Shown piece after piece: positions 20,057-30,638 of a stretch of DNA of 63,578 nt (the first letter of the stretch is position 1; the number at the start of each line of letters is the position of its first letter). Made by a program: the position numbers and the translations under genes. The notes under the pieces are model-generated. The model made no database searches, had not been told where the DNA came from, and saw only the letters and a program-made list of their open reading frames with translations. The stretch covers positions 1 through 63,578 of the forward strand of contig CAXBGV010000001.1 of NCBI GenBank assembly GCA_963975235.1, given 5' to 3'. The DNA is from an uncultured Flavobacterium sp. GTDB taxonomy: Bacteria; Bacteroidota; Bacteroidia; Flavobacteriales; Flavobacteriaceae.

Positions 20057-20440
20057 TATATTGGGTTGTTGTTATTCATTAATAAATTTGGAACCAGTCA
20101 CTTGATTGTAGTATCAGATGACAAACCTAAGGTGTTAGAGTGCAGACAATGTGCATAGCTCGTTTTTTTTCTTCAAATATACTTTTTAAACTTCATAGCA
20201 CGCTTTTAAAAAAGGGTTAGATTATGAATTTTTGCTAAGATATTTAAAATTCCATGCATAAAATTGAGGAAAGCCGTAACGTATTGAATTTTTTAGTTTA
20301 ACAAATTGATATAAAAGAGATTTAATAGTAACTGTTTTTTGACGAGTAGTTTTACTGCAAGGATTGAATCAAATAATTTATATTAGATTATAAATATTCT
20401 CCTTCCGCAGCTGTATCTTTTTTAGGTTTGAGTCTTCCTG

Positions 20441-22429
20441 CTACTTTTTCAATACCAAATAAGCCCGGCTTGGATCCTGTAACAGTTGCTCAATTTCAGA
20501 TTGCATTATTTCTTGAATATCTTGTTTTACTTGCAGATAATTTCGTTGTACTATTGTAGTATCAATCTTCCTGATTACATCAATATCTATATAATTATCC
20601 TGTTCTTTTTTTAAAGCATCATGATCGTTTACTATTTCGCAGTGAAACGTTTTCAATTCAATTTTGCAATCAGGATCATCGGCAACCATACCCACAAACT
20701 CACCAGAACTCAAGGACGATATCTTAGAAGGAGGAACGGCCGACTCTAATTGTTTGGAGCGGCTTATGGAGGTATCACCACTGTTTATAGATAGACTTTC
20801 TCTGTCCTGCATAATTTTACCAAACCGTTCTGAAAGTTGCTTGGCCGTATCTCCAGTCACCTGACCACTAACAATATTCCCCGTGATGTTTAGAATCACG
20901 TCAGCCTGTTCTCGGCCGTAATCTTTACGAAGCTGACTGAAGTCTTGAATTCCCAAACAAGTGGCTACTTTATTACTTCGGGCTGTAGCAATCAAACTAT
21001 CCATATTATTGAGATAGATAGTTGGGAATTCATCGAAGATCAGACTGCTTTTTAGTTTGCCTTTTTGATTGACTAGTTTTATCAAACGAGAGACGTACAG
21101 AGATAAGACAGCGCCATAAATTTGAATTTTCTGCGGGTTATTTCCCATACACACAATCTTAGGTTCGGCTGGATTATTGATGTCTAATGTAAAGTCATTT
21201 CCAGATAATACATAGTACAATTGGGGAGAAGAGAGTCTGGCCATGGCAATCTTGGCCGAAGCAATTTGTCCCTCCAATTGTTCCATGGCATCATTTAGAT
21301 AGGCATTGATAAACGGATTGATGAGTACTTCAATTTCTTTCTCCGTTCGTAATATCGTAAACAAACTATCATAGTCGAGTTGCATGAGTTCAATAACATG
21401 TGGCAGCGTACAGAATTCCCCTTCCTTGTACTTCCTTAGATACCATATAATTGCTGTCAGAAAATTGATAGGAGATTCGACAAAAAAGTCGCCCTGTCTT
21501 TTGATCCATTCTTTATTGAGTCCTAATAGAATCGTTCGTGCCGATTCTGCTGCATCCGTGATATCGGTCATAGCAGAAGGTTCAAGTGGGTTGCATCGGT
21601 GTGTGCGGCTTAAATCATCAAAATTGATCACATAAAACTGTGGTGGAATAGGATAGAGGTGCTTGTATTTCAACCAAGTATTATAGGTGATTTTAGAAAG
21701 GTCATCAAATTTAAAATCATAAATGAACATCGTAAACCCTTTGCGAATGTGCTGGGTGATAACATGCCGAATCACAAAATAAGATTTACCAGAGCCAGGT
21801 GTCCCCAAAACCATTAAGGCTCGAAAGGGATTGATAATATTAATCCAGCTGTTTCGAACTTTGTCTTTCAAATGATAACGTGCTGGAAGATTGATGGAGT
21901 ATTCATTTTCCAAGAGTCTTTCTTCTTGGGGAAAAGTTTCATTTTCTTTATTGAAAATATCTTTGTTATTCAACTTGTTTTTTATAATCCGTGAGAGTAA
22001 TGTACCTCCGGAAAGCATCAACAAAAATCCGATACAGCTAATACTGATATAAGCAATCGCTATTTCCGTAGTTTTTGCTTTTAGGTAAAGCGATAGATAA
22101 CTTAAAAAGTAAATCAATACACCCGTAATGATGTAGGCAAAGGCCGTTTTGTGATTCAATTTTTCCTCTTTGCGTCCTTTGGCTCCAAGCAAGGAAATCA
22201 ATAAAAAGAATAATGCAAAAACCTTGGATTTATGAAAATTACTGAACATTTCAGTACGGTGTATATTGCCCAAAATTGTATCGCTGAAGGTGCTAACAAA
22301 ACCCCATTCTTTGAAAGTGGTATAGCAGTAATAATAAAAATGTAGAAGTAAAATTACGATACTGATCAGTCGAGTCATATCGAGTATTTTACGCAATGCC
22401 TGTTCGTTTTCTCCGGTTTGCATAGCCAT
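20441..22429 (-). CDS. mobC: Type IV coupling protein MobC (YWFCY-type N-terminus, VirD4/TraD-like)
   Basis: 662 aa; HFYYYCY, TM helices, GTPGSGKS, DEFPT, ATARSNK. Confidence 0.93.
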   Translation of the reverse strand: MAMQTGENEQALRKILDMTRLISIVILLLHFYYYCYTTFKEWGFVSTFSDTILGNIHRTEMFSNFHKSKVFALFFLLISLLGAKGRKEEKLNHKTAFAYIITGVLIYFLSYLSLYLKAKTTEIAIAYISISCIGFLLMLSGGTLLSRIIKNKLNNKDIFNKENETFPQEERLLENEYSINLPARYHLKDKVRNSWINIINPFRALMVLGTPGSGKSYFVIRHVITQHIRKGFTMFIYDFKFDDLSKITYNTWLKYKHLYPIPPQFYVINFDDLSRTHRCNPLEPSAMTDITDAAESARTILLGLNKEWIKRQGDFFVESPINFLTAIIWYLRKYKEGEFCTLPHVIELMQLDYDSLFTILRTEKEIEVLINPFINAYLNDAMEQLEGQIASAKIAMARLSSPQLYYVLSGNDFTLDINNPAEPKIVCMGNNPQKIQIYGAVLSLYVSRLIKLVNQKGKLKSSLIFDEFPTIYLNNMDSLIATARSNKVATCLGIQDFSQLRKDYGREQADVILNITGNIVSGQVTGDTAKQLSERFGKIMQDRESLSINSGDTSISRSKQLESAVPPSKISSLSSGEFVGMVADDPDCKIELKTFHCEIVNDHDALKKEQDNYIDIDVIRKIDTTIVQRNYLQVKQDIQEIMQSEIEQLLQDPSRAYLVLKK

Positions 22430-22440
22430 AATAATTTCCT

Positions 22441-23757
22441 TTATTGGTTATCAGATTGTCCTTTTCGTTTCTTCTTTTTCTTCTTCGCTTTCAATTGATT
22501 TGGCAGATACGAGGAATCATGTTCCGACTGCGTAAATGTGTTTACCAATTTACCTATCTCCATAGTGGGTTTAGTTGTAGAATTCTTTAGTGATTCAGTA
22601 ACGCTTGATGCAAGGAAAACTTCTTTTGAGTTTGCTTGTGCGGTAGTTCCATGCGATTTTTTAATTTTAGAAACGCTGGCTTTTTGCTGCGCTCCATTAT
22701 TAAAACCACAGCGTTCTTGAATAGCTTTTGCACTATATTGTTTTCCTAAAGCACTACCATTAAATACACATTGCGTTTGGTGATCTACATACGTAATGCC
22801 ATACAGTAAACCCTCTAAATTTTGTCGAAAAACCATAGTGATTCCAGACAGTGCTGCAATTTTTTTTAGATCCTGAATCGATATTTTTTGTGGATTGAGC
22901 AATGCCATATCAATTGTGTTTTTTATTCTGGACTTATGGGGTGTTCGTGCTTTTTCATTTACAATAAATCGTTCTTCTAAAAATTTAAGTGTTGGATGGC
23001 TATAAAAATCACTGGCTTTTATTGGAACGCCAACCTTTTCACCACTTTCATTTAATATCCGATAAACCAATCCTCTATTTTGAAATATCCTTGAATTTTC
23101 AGTACCTCGATCTGCTACGACATTGTACTGTTGGAGTACCGCATTTAATTCGGGCAAGCTCGTGTATTTATAATTTTTGAGTACTTTATCCAGTACGTTG
23201 GTTATTGCTCGTTTTGTTTCTGTGCGTCCGTATTCTACCTTGCTGGCATTAACTGGTTTTGCGACTAATTCTTTTTCTCTTTTATGTTTTTCAGCCGGAA
23301 CTAATCCATACGATATTTCAATTTCTTTTCTTGCTTTTTCAGATTGGTTTCGACCAATATTCTGCATATCAATCCTGCTGCCATCAGCTCTGACTTTTAT
23401 AGAAATAATATGAATATGTGGATGTCCTGCATCATGGTGCTGATAGACTAAAAACGGTTGTTCCTTAAAACCAATTTTATCCATATAGTTGTCTGCTATT
23501 TCCATCAGTTTCTCTTTTGAAATTTCTTTTTCGGTCACATCAAAATTGAGCGAAATATGAACACTGTTTCGTTTTACATTTTCATTTAAATTAGCCTGTT
23601 TCAAAAAGCGGTTTAGTTTCATGGTAAAGCTCATTTTTTCGATATCGACAGGGTAATTTCCAGCCCCAATAAATTCTGCAACCCCTTGCTGAACTTTGTT
23701 TTCATTGTAGTTTAAAATTCGATGGATGGAATGTCCCGTTTTGATTATTGCAACCAT
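22441..23757 (-). CDS. mobB: Relaxase (MOB-P type)
   Basis: 438 aa; LNYNENKV catalytic Tyr region, HISLNF, HHDAGHPHIHI. Confidence 0.93.
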   Translation of the reverse strand: MVAIIKTGHSIHRILNYNENKVQQGVAEFIGAGNYPVDIEKMSFTMKLNRFLKQANLNENVKRNSVHISLNFDVTEKEISKEKLMEIADNYMDKIGFKEQPFLVYQHHDAGHPHIHIISIKVRADGSRIDMQNIGRNQSEKARKEIEISYGLVPAEKHKREKELVAKPVNASKVEYGRTETKRAITNVLDKVLKNYKYTSLPELNAVLQQYNVVADRGTENSRIFQNRGLVYRILNESGEKVGVPIKASDFYSHPTLKFLEERFIVNEKARTPHKSRIKNTIDMALLNPQKISIQDLKKIAALSGITMVFRQNLEGLLYGITYVDHQTQCVFNGSALGKQYSAKAIQERCGFNNGAQQKASVSKIKKSHGTTAQANSKEVFLASSVTESLKNSTTKPTMEIGKLVNTFTQSEHDSSYLPNQLKAKKKKKKRKGQSDNQ

Positions 23758-24137
23758 GATTCTGCCATTTTCTGAATCTGCATCTTTATTTCATCCACCT
23801 TATTGAAAAGTGTTTTTTTCTCTAGTTCATAACTGATGAGCCAGTGCTTAAAATCGGAAATTTGATTCAGAGTATGTAACTTTTTTACAGCCTGATTAAA
23901 GTTGTTTCCAATAGCGTTCAATTCTCCTCTTAGACGCATCATTTCTGCCATAAAATCGTCTAGGGATTGGTTACGGTAATTAGTAGTAATAGGCTTGTTG
24001 AATAGGTGTTTGCGAATGTACTCACTCAGCTTCCTGCAGGTACTGGTTTTCCATTTGCGTTCAATTTTCGCATACTCTTCTGACGTAAATCGTAAACCGA
24101 CAATACGTGTTCTTTTTGAATTTTCTCTTTCCATCAT
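23745..24137 (-). CDS. mobA: Relaxosome accessory ribbon-helix-helix protein
   Basis: 130 aa; LSEYIR and IGNNFNQAVKKLH motifs; overlaps the relaxase start. Confidence 0.88.
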   Translation of the reverse strand: MMERENSKRTRIVGLRFTSEEYAKIERKWKTSTCRKLSEYIRKHLFNKPITTNYRNQSLDDFMAEMMRLRGELNAIGNNFNQAVKKLHTLNQISDFKHWLISYELEKKTLFNKVDEIKMQIQKMAESWLQ

Positions 24138-24183
24138 CTCTCATTTTATTCATTACTGAACTCTTTTTGTCCTTTCAGTCTCA

Positions 24184-24268
24184 CTGCCCACGAGTTCCGA
24201 GTGAATGGGCAGCAAGATTTGGTTGTTTAACAACCGGACATCTTGCCGATTGCAGGAACGTGGCAATC
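24184..24268. other. Probable origin of transfer (oriT)
   Basis: Three adjacent inverted repeats upstream of mobA: CTGCCCA/TGGGCAG; GCAAGAT..GGTTGT-TTA-ACAACC..ATCTTGC; GATTGC/GCAATC. Confidence 0.65.
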
Positions 24269-24361
24269 TTTTAGCTAATTATAATGGCATTGATTATTGA
24301 AGTCGTTTTTTTTGGTGGTATGTAGAATAGTTATGATTTACAGTGAAGATTGGAGTAGGAA

Positions 24362-25273
24362 CTAGCTATTTTTTTGCCGTAAATTAATTTTCTTTGATTT
24401 TCCAAAATTCATTGCCCAGTCGTTGAGGTCATTATAGTTTTGATAGAGGTTGCTTTCATCTTTGTATTTTGTACTCAGAGAAAGTGCACGCTTCGTATAG
24501 CTTTGTCCCGTTTCATCCCGGTCAAGATAAAGCCGAATGGATTCATGATTTTCCATAAAAGGACGTGCTCTTTCGAAAAAAGAAACAGAGTTTAAAATGA
24601 CAAAATCCTGACTGTTTTCAGGAAGGTTTTTGGTCATCGCTTTAAAGGATAAATAGTCAAAAAAGCCTTCAAAAACAACTACCTCATTACTGCCATTTTC
24701 ACAGGTGGATATTCCCTTAGGAGAAGCTGTTGTTTTGAAATAAGGATTGCGAATTTCATAGCCTCCCAAATCATTTTTAAAACCAATTCCGTAGTAAGTA
24801 TTATCATTTAAATTGTAGTGAACTTCCTTGCAAAACTGTTGTGCAATTGCAACTGGAATAGTACACTGTTCGAGATAGCGTAAAAGCGGATAAGAAGTAA
24901 GCGTAGTCACTTCTATAATTTTAATTTTAGGTTCTTGCTGAACACTATTTTCTATTGGATAAACTATTGGCTGTTGAAGAGAAAGATTCCCACTTAAGTT
25001 GTTTAGTAATTCAGGAATGCTACACTTGTAAAATTCGATACCAAAATCAACCAAGTTTCCGCCTTTACCAAGGCCGTGGTCATACCAACGATTTAATCTG
25101 CGATTGATTTTAAAGGAAGTTTCTTTTTCATCTCTCAATGGAGACAGGTACCAGTAGTCATCGCGCCTGATTTTTTCAGGTTCAAAACCCAACGACTTTA
25201 AGTAATTAACTAAATCTATTTCTTTGGCTTGCTTTATCGAAAAGCTATTGTTGCTGAAATTCATAACATACAT
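24362..25273 (-). CDS. Toprim-domain DNA primase-like protein of conjugative elements
   Basis: 303 aa; YLSPLRDEKETSF, WYDHGLGKGG, VFEGFFDYLS, YLDRDETG, DLNDW. Confidence 0.88.
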   Translation of the reverse strand: MYVMNFSNNSFSIKQAKEIDLVNYLKSLGFEPEKIRRDDYWYLSPLRDEKETSFKINRRLNRWYDHGLGKGGNLVDFGIEFYKCSIPELLNNLSGNLSLQQPIVYPIENSVQQEPKIKIIEVTTLTSYPLLRYLEQCTIPVAIAQQFCKEVHYNLNDNTYYGIGFKNDLGGYEIRNPYFKTTASPKGISTCENGSNEVVVFEGFFDYLSFKAMTKNLPENSQDFVILNSVSFFERARPFMENHESIRLYLDRDETGQSYTKRALSLSTKYKDESNLYQNYNDLNDWAMNFGKSKKINLRQKNS

Positions 25274-25413
25274 TTTATCAGGTTCATAATTCAGATTCCG
25301 CTTACTAAAGTAAAAAAGCTAAATCCTTTGTCCAATCCTCATCATATTTTGACTAGGATAAATTGAAGTAAGCTTCTTATTTTTGGAGTACTGAATTATT
25401 AATTTAAAACGAG

Positions 25414-25713
25414 ATGATTATGCTAACAACAAATGATGTAGCCCAGGTTTTTGATACGATCCTTAGTATCCCTGGTATGAATGAGCTGGTGAAGATTGAT
25501 TTGAAAATCTCCCGTAAAAATGTATTGTTATTAAACCATGTAATCGAACGTGGATTATTGGCAAAAGTGGATGATAAAGCATCAAACTTATTGACAAGTG
25601 TTCCAGAAGAAAATTTGGAAGAGTTGAGGTCGATAGGAGGGGAGTGTCTCTTAAAAGCCGGACTGATAGAACTAAGTGAAAAATTAAATGCGTTGAGTGG
25701 AACCACGAAGTAG
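25414..25713 (+). CDS. Small hypothetical ICE protein
   Basis: 99 aa ATG ORF divergent from the primase-like gene. Confidence 0.7.
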   Translation: MIMLTTNDVAQVFDTILSIPGMNELVKIDLKISRKNVLLLNHVIERGLLAKVDDKASNLLTSVPEENLEELRSIGGECLLKAGLIELSEKLNALSGTTK

Positions 25714-25834
25714 GATGTATTATTAATTAGAAACATTAGAATGCCAAATAAGCTGATCTTGTTTATTTGGCATTTCTTGTTTTTAATCATCTTCGGTTCT
25801 AGTAATAGTTATTTCTATCCTTTATTCGAAAAAC

Positions 25835-25901
25835 GGCTTGATTTTTAAATATTTTGGCTTGATTTTCAAACCATGTTTCCAAAAAAACAGATGTAATTTT
25901 G
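25835..25901 (+). promoter_or_regulatory. Promoter with 21-bp-spaced direct repeats upstream of the MauE/DoxX gene
   Basis: GGCTTGATTTT at 25835 and 25856; TAATTTTG (TAnnTTTG -7 box) at 25894. Confidence 0.55.
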
Positions 25902-26030
25902 GTAAGTCTTTAAGAATGATTGTTTTAAATAGTCGGAGAGACTTTGAATCTTTTAAATCCTTATCCAGAGAAACTTCAAAGTTGTGACCATTTAGAATTC
26001 ATTCGGTTTAATCCAAAAAAAAGAATGGAT

Positions 26031-27563
26031 ATGAAAGTAAGTGCATCAATAAAGAAAGGAATCTTAGAGATAATTTGTCTGTTGTACATACTGCTTTTTG
26101 TTTATGCTGCAGTAAGTAAATTACTAGATTTTGAGAACTTTCAAGTGCAACTGGGACAGTCACCATTACTAAGTGCTTTTGCAGGATCGGTTTCTTGGGG
26201 CGTACCACTTGTGGAACTAATCATAGCCTTATTGTTGCTTATTCCTAGATTTCGTTTTATAGGATTGTTAGCTGCCTTTAGTCTGATGATTATGTTTACT
26301 ACATACATTATCATTATCTTGAATTATAGTTCTTCTATTCCTTGCTCTTGTGGAGGAATACTTGAAAATTTAGATTGGACTGAGCATTTGGTGTTTAATA
26401 TTTTATTCGTGCTACTGGCATTTACGGGTATAATGCTGTTACTATTTAATCCGAAAAATGTTGCTTCTAAGAATCATTATAATAGAACTTTTGGAATGGT
26501 CTCTATCGCCTTATTGAGCAGTATTGCTGTTGTCGTAATAATTTTTTTATTATCGGAAGATATTACTCATCATCGCAACAACTTTATTCGTCGTTTTCCG
26601 CATCATCCAATTACAAAAATTAATGAATTAGATTTAAAACATCCGTCCTTCTATATTGCCGGAATCGAGAAGAACAAAGTTTATCTAGGCAATTATGAGG
26701 CACCTCTTCATGTCATAGTACTCGACATTGGGTTACAAACGCAAAAAAGTTATGTTATAAGACTTTCCAAATCTAACCTTCCTTTTCGATCTGTTGAGGT
26801 ACGGGTTCAGCCACCATACTTTTACCTAATGGACGGAACGATCCCTTGCATATTCAGAGGAAATATTACTGATTGGAAAGCCAATTTATCGATGTATGGT
26901 AAAGTCTATTTTACTAAAGCAGAACCATTTGATTCAAAGACCTTCGTTATACGTGCTATAAGCAGTAAAAATCATGAAAATGTTTTAGGAACTATAACAA
27001 TTACGGATACGATTAAAGTAAGATTAGCATCGCAGCTATTGGAAAAGCAAATTGATGGTATTTTTGATACCGATGGTAATTTAATTTATAATGAGCAATT
27101 AAAAAAGGTTCTGTATACTTACTATTATCGTAATGAGTATCTCGTATGTGATGATAGCTTAAATTTAGTACTTCGAGGTCATACCATTGATACAATTAGT
27201 CGAGCGCAAATTAAAGTAACTACTATTGATTCAAAAAATCAAATTAAGCTAAGTGCTCCACCTATCATAGTAAATAAAAGAACAGCAACTTTTGGTAATT
27301 ATCTTTTTGTTCATGCCGGTCTAATGGGGCGTTATGAAACGGAAGAGATGTGGGATAAATCATCTATTATTGATGTCTATGATTTTATGAAAAATACCTA
27401 TTTATTTAGTTTTTATGTTCCTAATCTTTTAAATCAAAAAATGACTGATTTTAGGATAGTTGAGGATGTTTTTGTAGCCCTATACGATCATTCTATCGTT
27501 ACATATAAGATACGGACTAATGCTTATGAACCAAGGGGATTTAAGATTTTACATACACCTTGA
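26031..27563 (+). CDS. MauE/DoxX-family membrane protein fused to a beta-rich extracytoplasmic domain
   Basis: LFVYAAVSKLLD, PCSCGG motif, about 5 TM helices, then a soluble beta-rich domain; ATG at 26025/26031 preferred over TTG at 25944. Confidence 0.85.
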   Translation: MKVSASIKKGILEIICLLYILLFVYAAVSKLLDFENFQVQLGQSPLLSAFAGSVSWGVPLVELIIALLLLIPRFRFIGLLAAFSLMIMFTTYIIIILNYSSSIPCSCGGILENLDWTEHLVFNILFVLLAFTGIMLLLFNPKNVASKNHYNRTFGMVSIALLSSIAVVVIIFLLSEDITHHRNNFIRRFPHHPITKINELDLKHPSFYIAGIEKNKVYLGNYEAPLHVIVLDIGLQTQKSYVIRLSKSNLPFRSVEVRVQPPYFYLMDGTIPCIFRGNITDWKANLSMYGKVYFTKAEPFDSKTFVIRAISSKNHENVLGTITITDTIKVRLASQLLEKQIDGIFDTDGNLIYNEQLKKVLYTYYYRNEYLVCDDSLNLVLRGHTIDTISRAQIKVTTIDSKNQIKLSAPPIIVNKRTATFGNYLFVHAGLMGRYETEEMWDKSSIIDVYDFMKNTYLFSFYVPNLLNQKMTDFRIVEDVFVALYDHSIVTYKIRTNAYEPRGFKILHTP

Positions 27564-27661
27564 TCTTTATTAAAAAGGAATTAAAATATACTGCGCAGTA
27601 TCAGGATCTCGATCGAAAACCTGTAAAAAAGAGTAGATCATTAACTTTTAATTTTAGTATT

Positions 27662-27925
27662 ATGAAAACAAATTTTTCAAAAATGGGATTTCCCATTGCA
27701 GTAGTTGTTTTTGCGATTGCGGGAGCTTTCGCTAACAATGTTTCAAGTTCTAATTTGAGTAGCACAATTGATGTTAATGGACATCTCCCTGCTTCCTGTG
27801 AACAAACAAACGTAAAGTGTTCCACAGTTCCTAATGCGCAAATGTGTACCTCTAGTGGTCAGCAGCTTTATCGTCTGAATGCTGCTGGAACTGATTGTCC
27901 GGATGCGCTATTTAAAAAAATTTAG
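27662..27925 (+). CDS. Small secreted Cys-rich protein (DUF6520-like)
   Basis: 87 aa from ATG at 27662; signal peptide ending AGAFA; four Cys in the mature part. Confidence 0.8.
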   Translation: MKTNFSKMGFPIAVVVFAIAGAFANNVSSSNLSSTIDVNGHLPASCEQTNVKCSTVPNAQMCTSSGQQLYRLNAAGTDCPDALFKKI

Positions 27926-27957
27926 TAACCGTTCTTAAGCCAGTATTTATTGGTAAT

Positions 27958-27990
27958 ACAATGCTGGATTTTTTTAAAATCCAGCATTGT
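27958..27990. terminator. Bidirectional intrinsic terminator
   Basis: ACAATGCTGGATTTT-TTT-AAAATCCAGCATTGT between convergent genes. Confidence 0.85.
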
Positions 27991-27995
27991 TGTTT

Positions 27996-30635
27996 TTAAT
28001 TACTACTCAAATTATCTCTAAAGGGTTTCTCCTTAAGATAATGATCGAACCATTCTTTGGTACGCTGTGTCAAGTCATTTTTTGTCTCCCGTTTTAAAAA
28101 GGAGTGGTTTTCTCCTGGGTATACTAAAAATTGGTTTGGCTTTTGCAGCCTACGCAAGGCTAAATGCAGTTCGAGTCCTTGCGTCCAACTTACCATTGTA
28201 TCCTCCAGGCCAGACCATATTAATAAAGGGGTGTTAATTTTTACAGCTTGTGCTACAGTTGAGTTCTCAATGTATCCCTGATAATCTTCAAAAAGGGATA
28301 CTCCCATGCGTTGTTGCTGCGATTCGTATCTCCACATCCTTGGAAGTCCCCAGTTATCATCCAGACTAAGGTATTGGCTTACAAAGTCGGTAAGTGGGCA
28401 ACCTGCTACCGCTGCCGCAAAAATATTGGTTTGCGACACAATATAGCCTGTTTCATAACCACCAAAAGAAGCCCCCGTCAATCCGATGTGTTGCTCTTCT
28501 ACGATTCCTTTTGCTGTCACTACTTTTACTGCTGCTATCACACAATCTGTAGCCGATTTACCGGGTTCACCTACTTCATACGCTATATCAGGATATAAGA
28601 CGAGATAACCATCCAAAGTGTAATTCGTCCGAGGAAAAGCATCCATTGCATTTTCTGCTGGATTGAAATAATGATGTAGTATGTGTGATTGCTTTTCGTA
28701 AATATGTACAATCATGGGATACTTTTTTCCTTTTTGAAAATTGGACGGATAGTACAATACTCCCTGCAGTGGAGTCCCTCTGGAATCGGTATACGAAATC
28801 AGTTCGTTATGCCCCCAATCAAAATGGTTCTGTTGTAGGTTGGTTTGTATCAAAATTTTTGGCTGTTTCTCCTTCTCAGTCTTAAACATCAATCTTGGGG
28901 ATAGTTTAAAAGACTGTTCTCTGAATATATAGCTAGAGGATTGTTCCGCCTTTATCAAGTGATCTATCATTCGATCCTGATACACCATTTTTTTTATGTT
29001 TCTTTCTGGATGCCAATAATAATAGCCTGAAGATTTGTCATCGCCAAATGCTTCGATCAATACTCCTTTAGAGAGATCAAATTTATTACCTGGCAATTCT
29101 GCATTTCCAAACAGTTGTGAATCCGTATAGCTGTCCTCAGCAATCCGGTATCGAATGTGTTTTTCACGACCGTGTGTTATTCTTTTTTGTGATTTTCCAT
29201 CGGCAGACAATAACCAAATATCATATTGATCATAAACAATCAGGTATTTTTCATCCACTGACCATCCCGGACTTCCGTAAGGCGGGGCAGTGCCTCCACA
29301 ATCATAATCCACCTCATCTATGGGGATTCCCAAAGGCAATGTCAGGTTGATATGGCTATCCTCCTTACTATTGTAAACCCACCAATGCTTTTCTTTAAAA
29401 TAGTTGATGAAATTTCCGGAACCAGATCCCTTGATAAAATCATATTTTCGAATCTGTTTATCCAGTATTTTTTTGCTTTCCCCAGTACGCACATCTGTTA
29501 GTACGTAATCAACAGGGCTGGCAAATTCATACTGTGGTTCATATTGCAGCGGATTATGGTTTAAAGCATAATTTCCATATGCTAATAGTTGCGTTTTTAG
29601 AAATTCATCTGTTCCTATCTTAAACAACTTGTTTTCCTCAGGCCACCACACTACCATTTTGGAATTGTAATGCCAGCTTTCTGAATTCTTTTGGCTAGGG
29701 TAGGTCCATGGTGTTGCACCGTCCCATACCTGTACGATTTGCTTCTCCTTGGTCTGTAATTTCGGAGTGGTTGTATAAAAGAAAACCTTTTTGTCGTCCG
29801 TTGCCATTTCAATGGACTTTCTGGCCGATGGCGTTACAATTCGCAGCCCCTTAAGGATATCTTCAGAAAGCAAGGGATCCAGAATATGTAATTGGGGAGT
29901 GGTATCTATATGATTCACAAAATACAGTTTGTGATTGGTTCCTTGGTACTCATCCTGCGGGAGTTCCTGTAAAAAAGCCAGTGCATCGGCGTCTTTATTC
30001 CAAATCAAGTTTTTAAAGCGTTTTGCGGAACTCTGAATTATTTCCGAACTGCGGAAGGCTTGGTCAAGCCAAATTAGTTTTACGGCATTTTCCTGTTTTG
30101 TAATGTATGCCGCGATTTTACCACTGGCATTAAAACTATATTCCGCAATGTCTTTTGCACTGTATTTTTGTCCGGTTGCCAAATTCAAAATACAGAGTTC
30201 CTGTTCCAGTCCTGATTTTTTAAGAAAAGCCACATATGCACCATTTCCCAGAAATTCATAGGAAACCACATTCGCCGTCCATTGACATTTCCCGGTTTTT
30301 AAACTCAATATACCAAGTCCTTTTTCTGGTACTATTGCGGCCCACCATTTTCCATCTCGACTGAAATTTTCATCTGTTGCTGAAGGAAAAATGTGTTTTT
30401 TACTGCCAGTTGTTTGCTGTACAAAAACAGTATCCTTGCCTGAATCATAGGCCAGCTTATAGCTTACCCACTTACCATCAGCAGCTAATTTCTCGGAGTT
30501 AAGCGTACTCCATTGGCTGTAATCAGCAGGAGAAACGTTTCTTTTTACTGATATCTGTCCCCAAATAGTTACGGATCCCAATAAAAAAAGAAGTAAGATT
30601 GTATGTTTTTTTATTAATAAGATAGTGTCTTTCAT
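27996..30635 (-). CDS. Exported S9 (prolyl oligopeptidase family) peptidase
   Basis: 879 aa; signal peptide, beta-propeller region, GASFGG nucleophile, EDTMV Asp, GENH His. Confidence 0.92.
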   Translation of the reverse strand: MKDTILLIKKHTILLLFLLGSVTIWGQISVKRNVSPADYSQWSTLNSEKLAADGKWVSYKLAYDSGKDTVFVQQTTGSKKHIFPSATDENFSRDGKWWAAIVPEKGLGILSLKTGKCQWTANVVSYEFLGNGAYVAFLKKSGLEQELCILNLATGQKYSAKDIAEYSFNASGKIAAYITKQENAVKLIWLDQAFRSSEIIQSSAKRFKNLIWNKDADALAFLQELPQDEYQGTNHKLYFVNHIDTTPQLHILDPLLSEDILKGLRIVTPSARKSIEMATDDKKVFFYTTTPKLQTKEKQIVQVWDGATPWTYPSQKNSESWHYNSKMVVWWPEENKLFKIGTDEFLKTQLLAYGNYALNHNPLQYEPQYEFASPVDYVLTDVRTGESKKILDKQIRKYDFIKGSGSGNFINYFKEKHWWVYNSKEDSHINLTLPLGIPIDEVDYDCGGTAPPYGSPGWSVDEKYLIVYDQYDIWLLSADGKSQKRITHGREKHIRYRIAEDSYTDSQLFGNAELPGNKFDLSKGVLIEAFGDDKSSGYYYWHPERNIKKMVYQDRMIDHLIKAEQSSSYIFREQSFKLSPRLMFKTEKEKQPKILIQTNLQQNHFDWGHNELISYTDSRGTPLQGVLYYPSNFQKGKKYPMIVHIYEKQSHILHHYFNPAENAMDAFPRTNYTLDGYLVLYPDIAYEVGEPGKSATDCVIAAVKVVTAKGIVEEQHIGLTGASFGGYETGYIVSQTNIFAAAVAGCPLTDFVSQYLSLDDNWGLPRMWRYESQQQRMGVSLFEDYQGYIENSTVAQAVKINTPLLIWSGLEDTMVSWTQGLELHLALRRLQKPNQFLVYPGENHSFLKRETKNDLTQRTKEWFDHYLKEKPFRDNLSSN

Positions 30636-30638
30636 AAT

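Noticed and set aside
25404-25790. 128-aa minus-strand ORF
   Set aside because: Antisense shadow of the more plausible 25414..25713 gene.
27560-27661. TTG start giving a 121-aa small protein
   Set aside because: ATG at 27662 puts the signal peptide at the N-terminus and follows an AT-rich leader.
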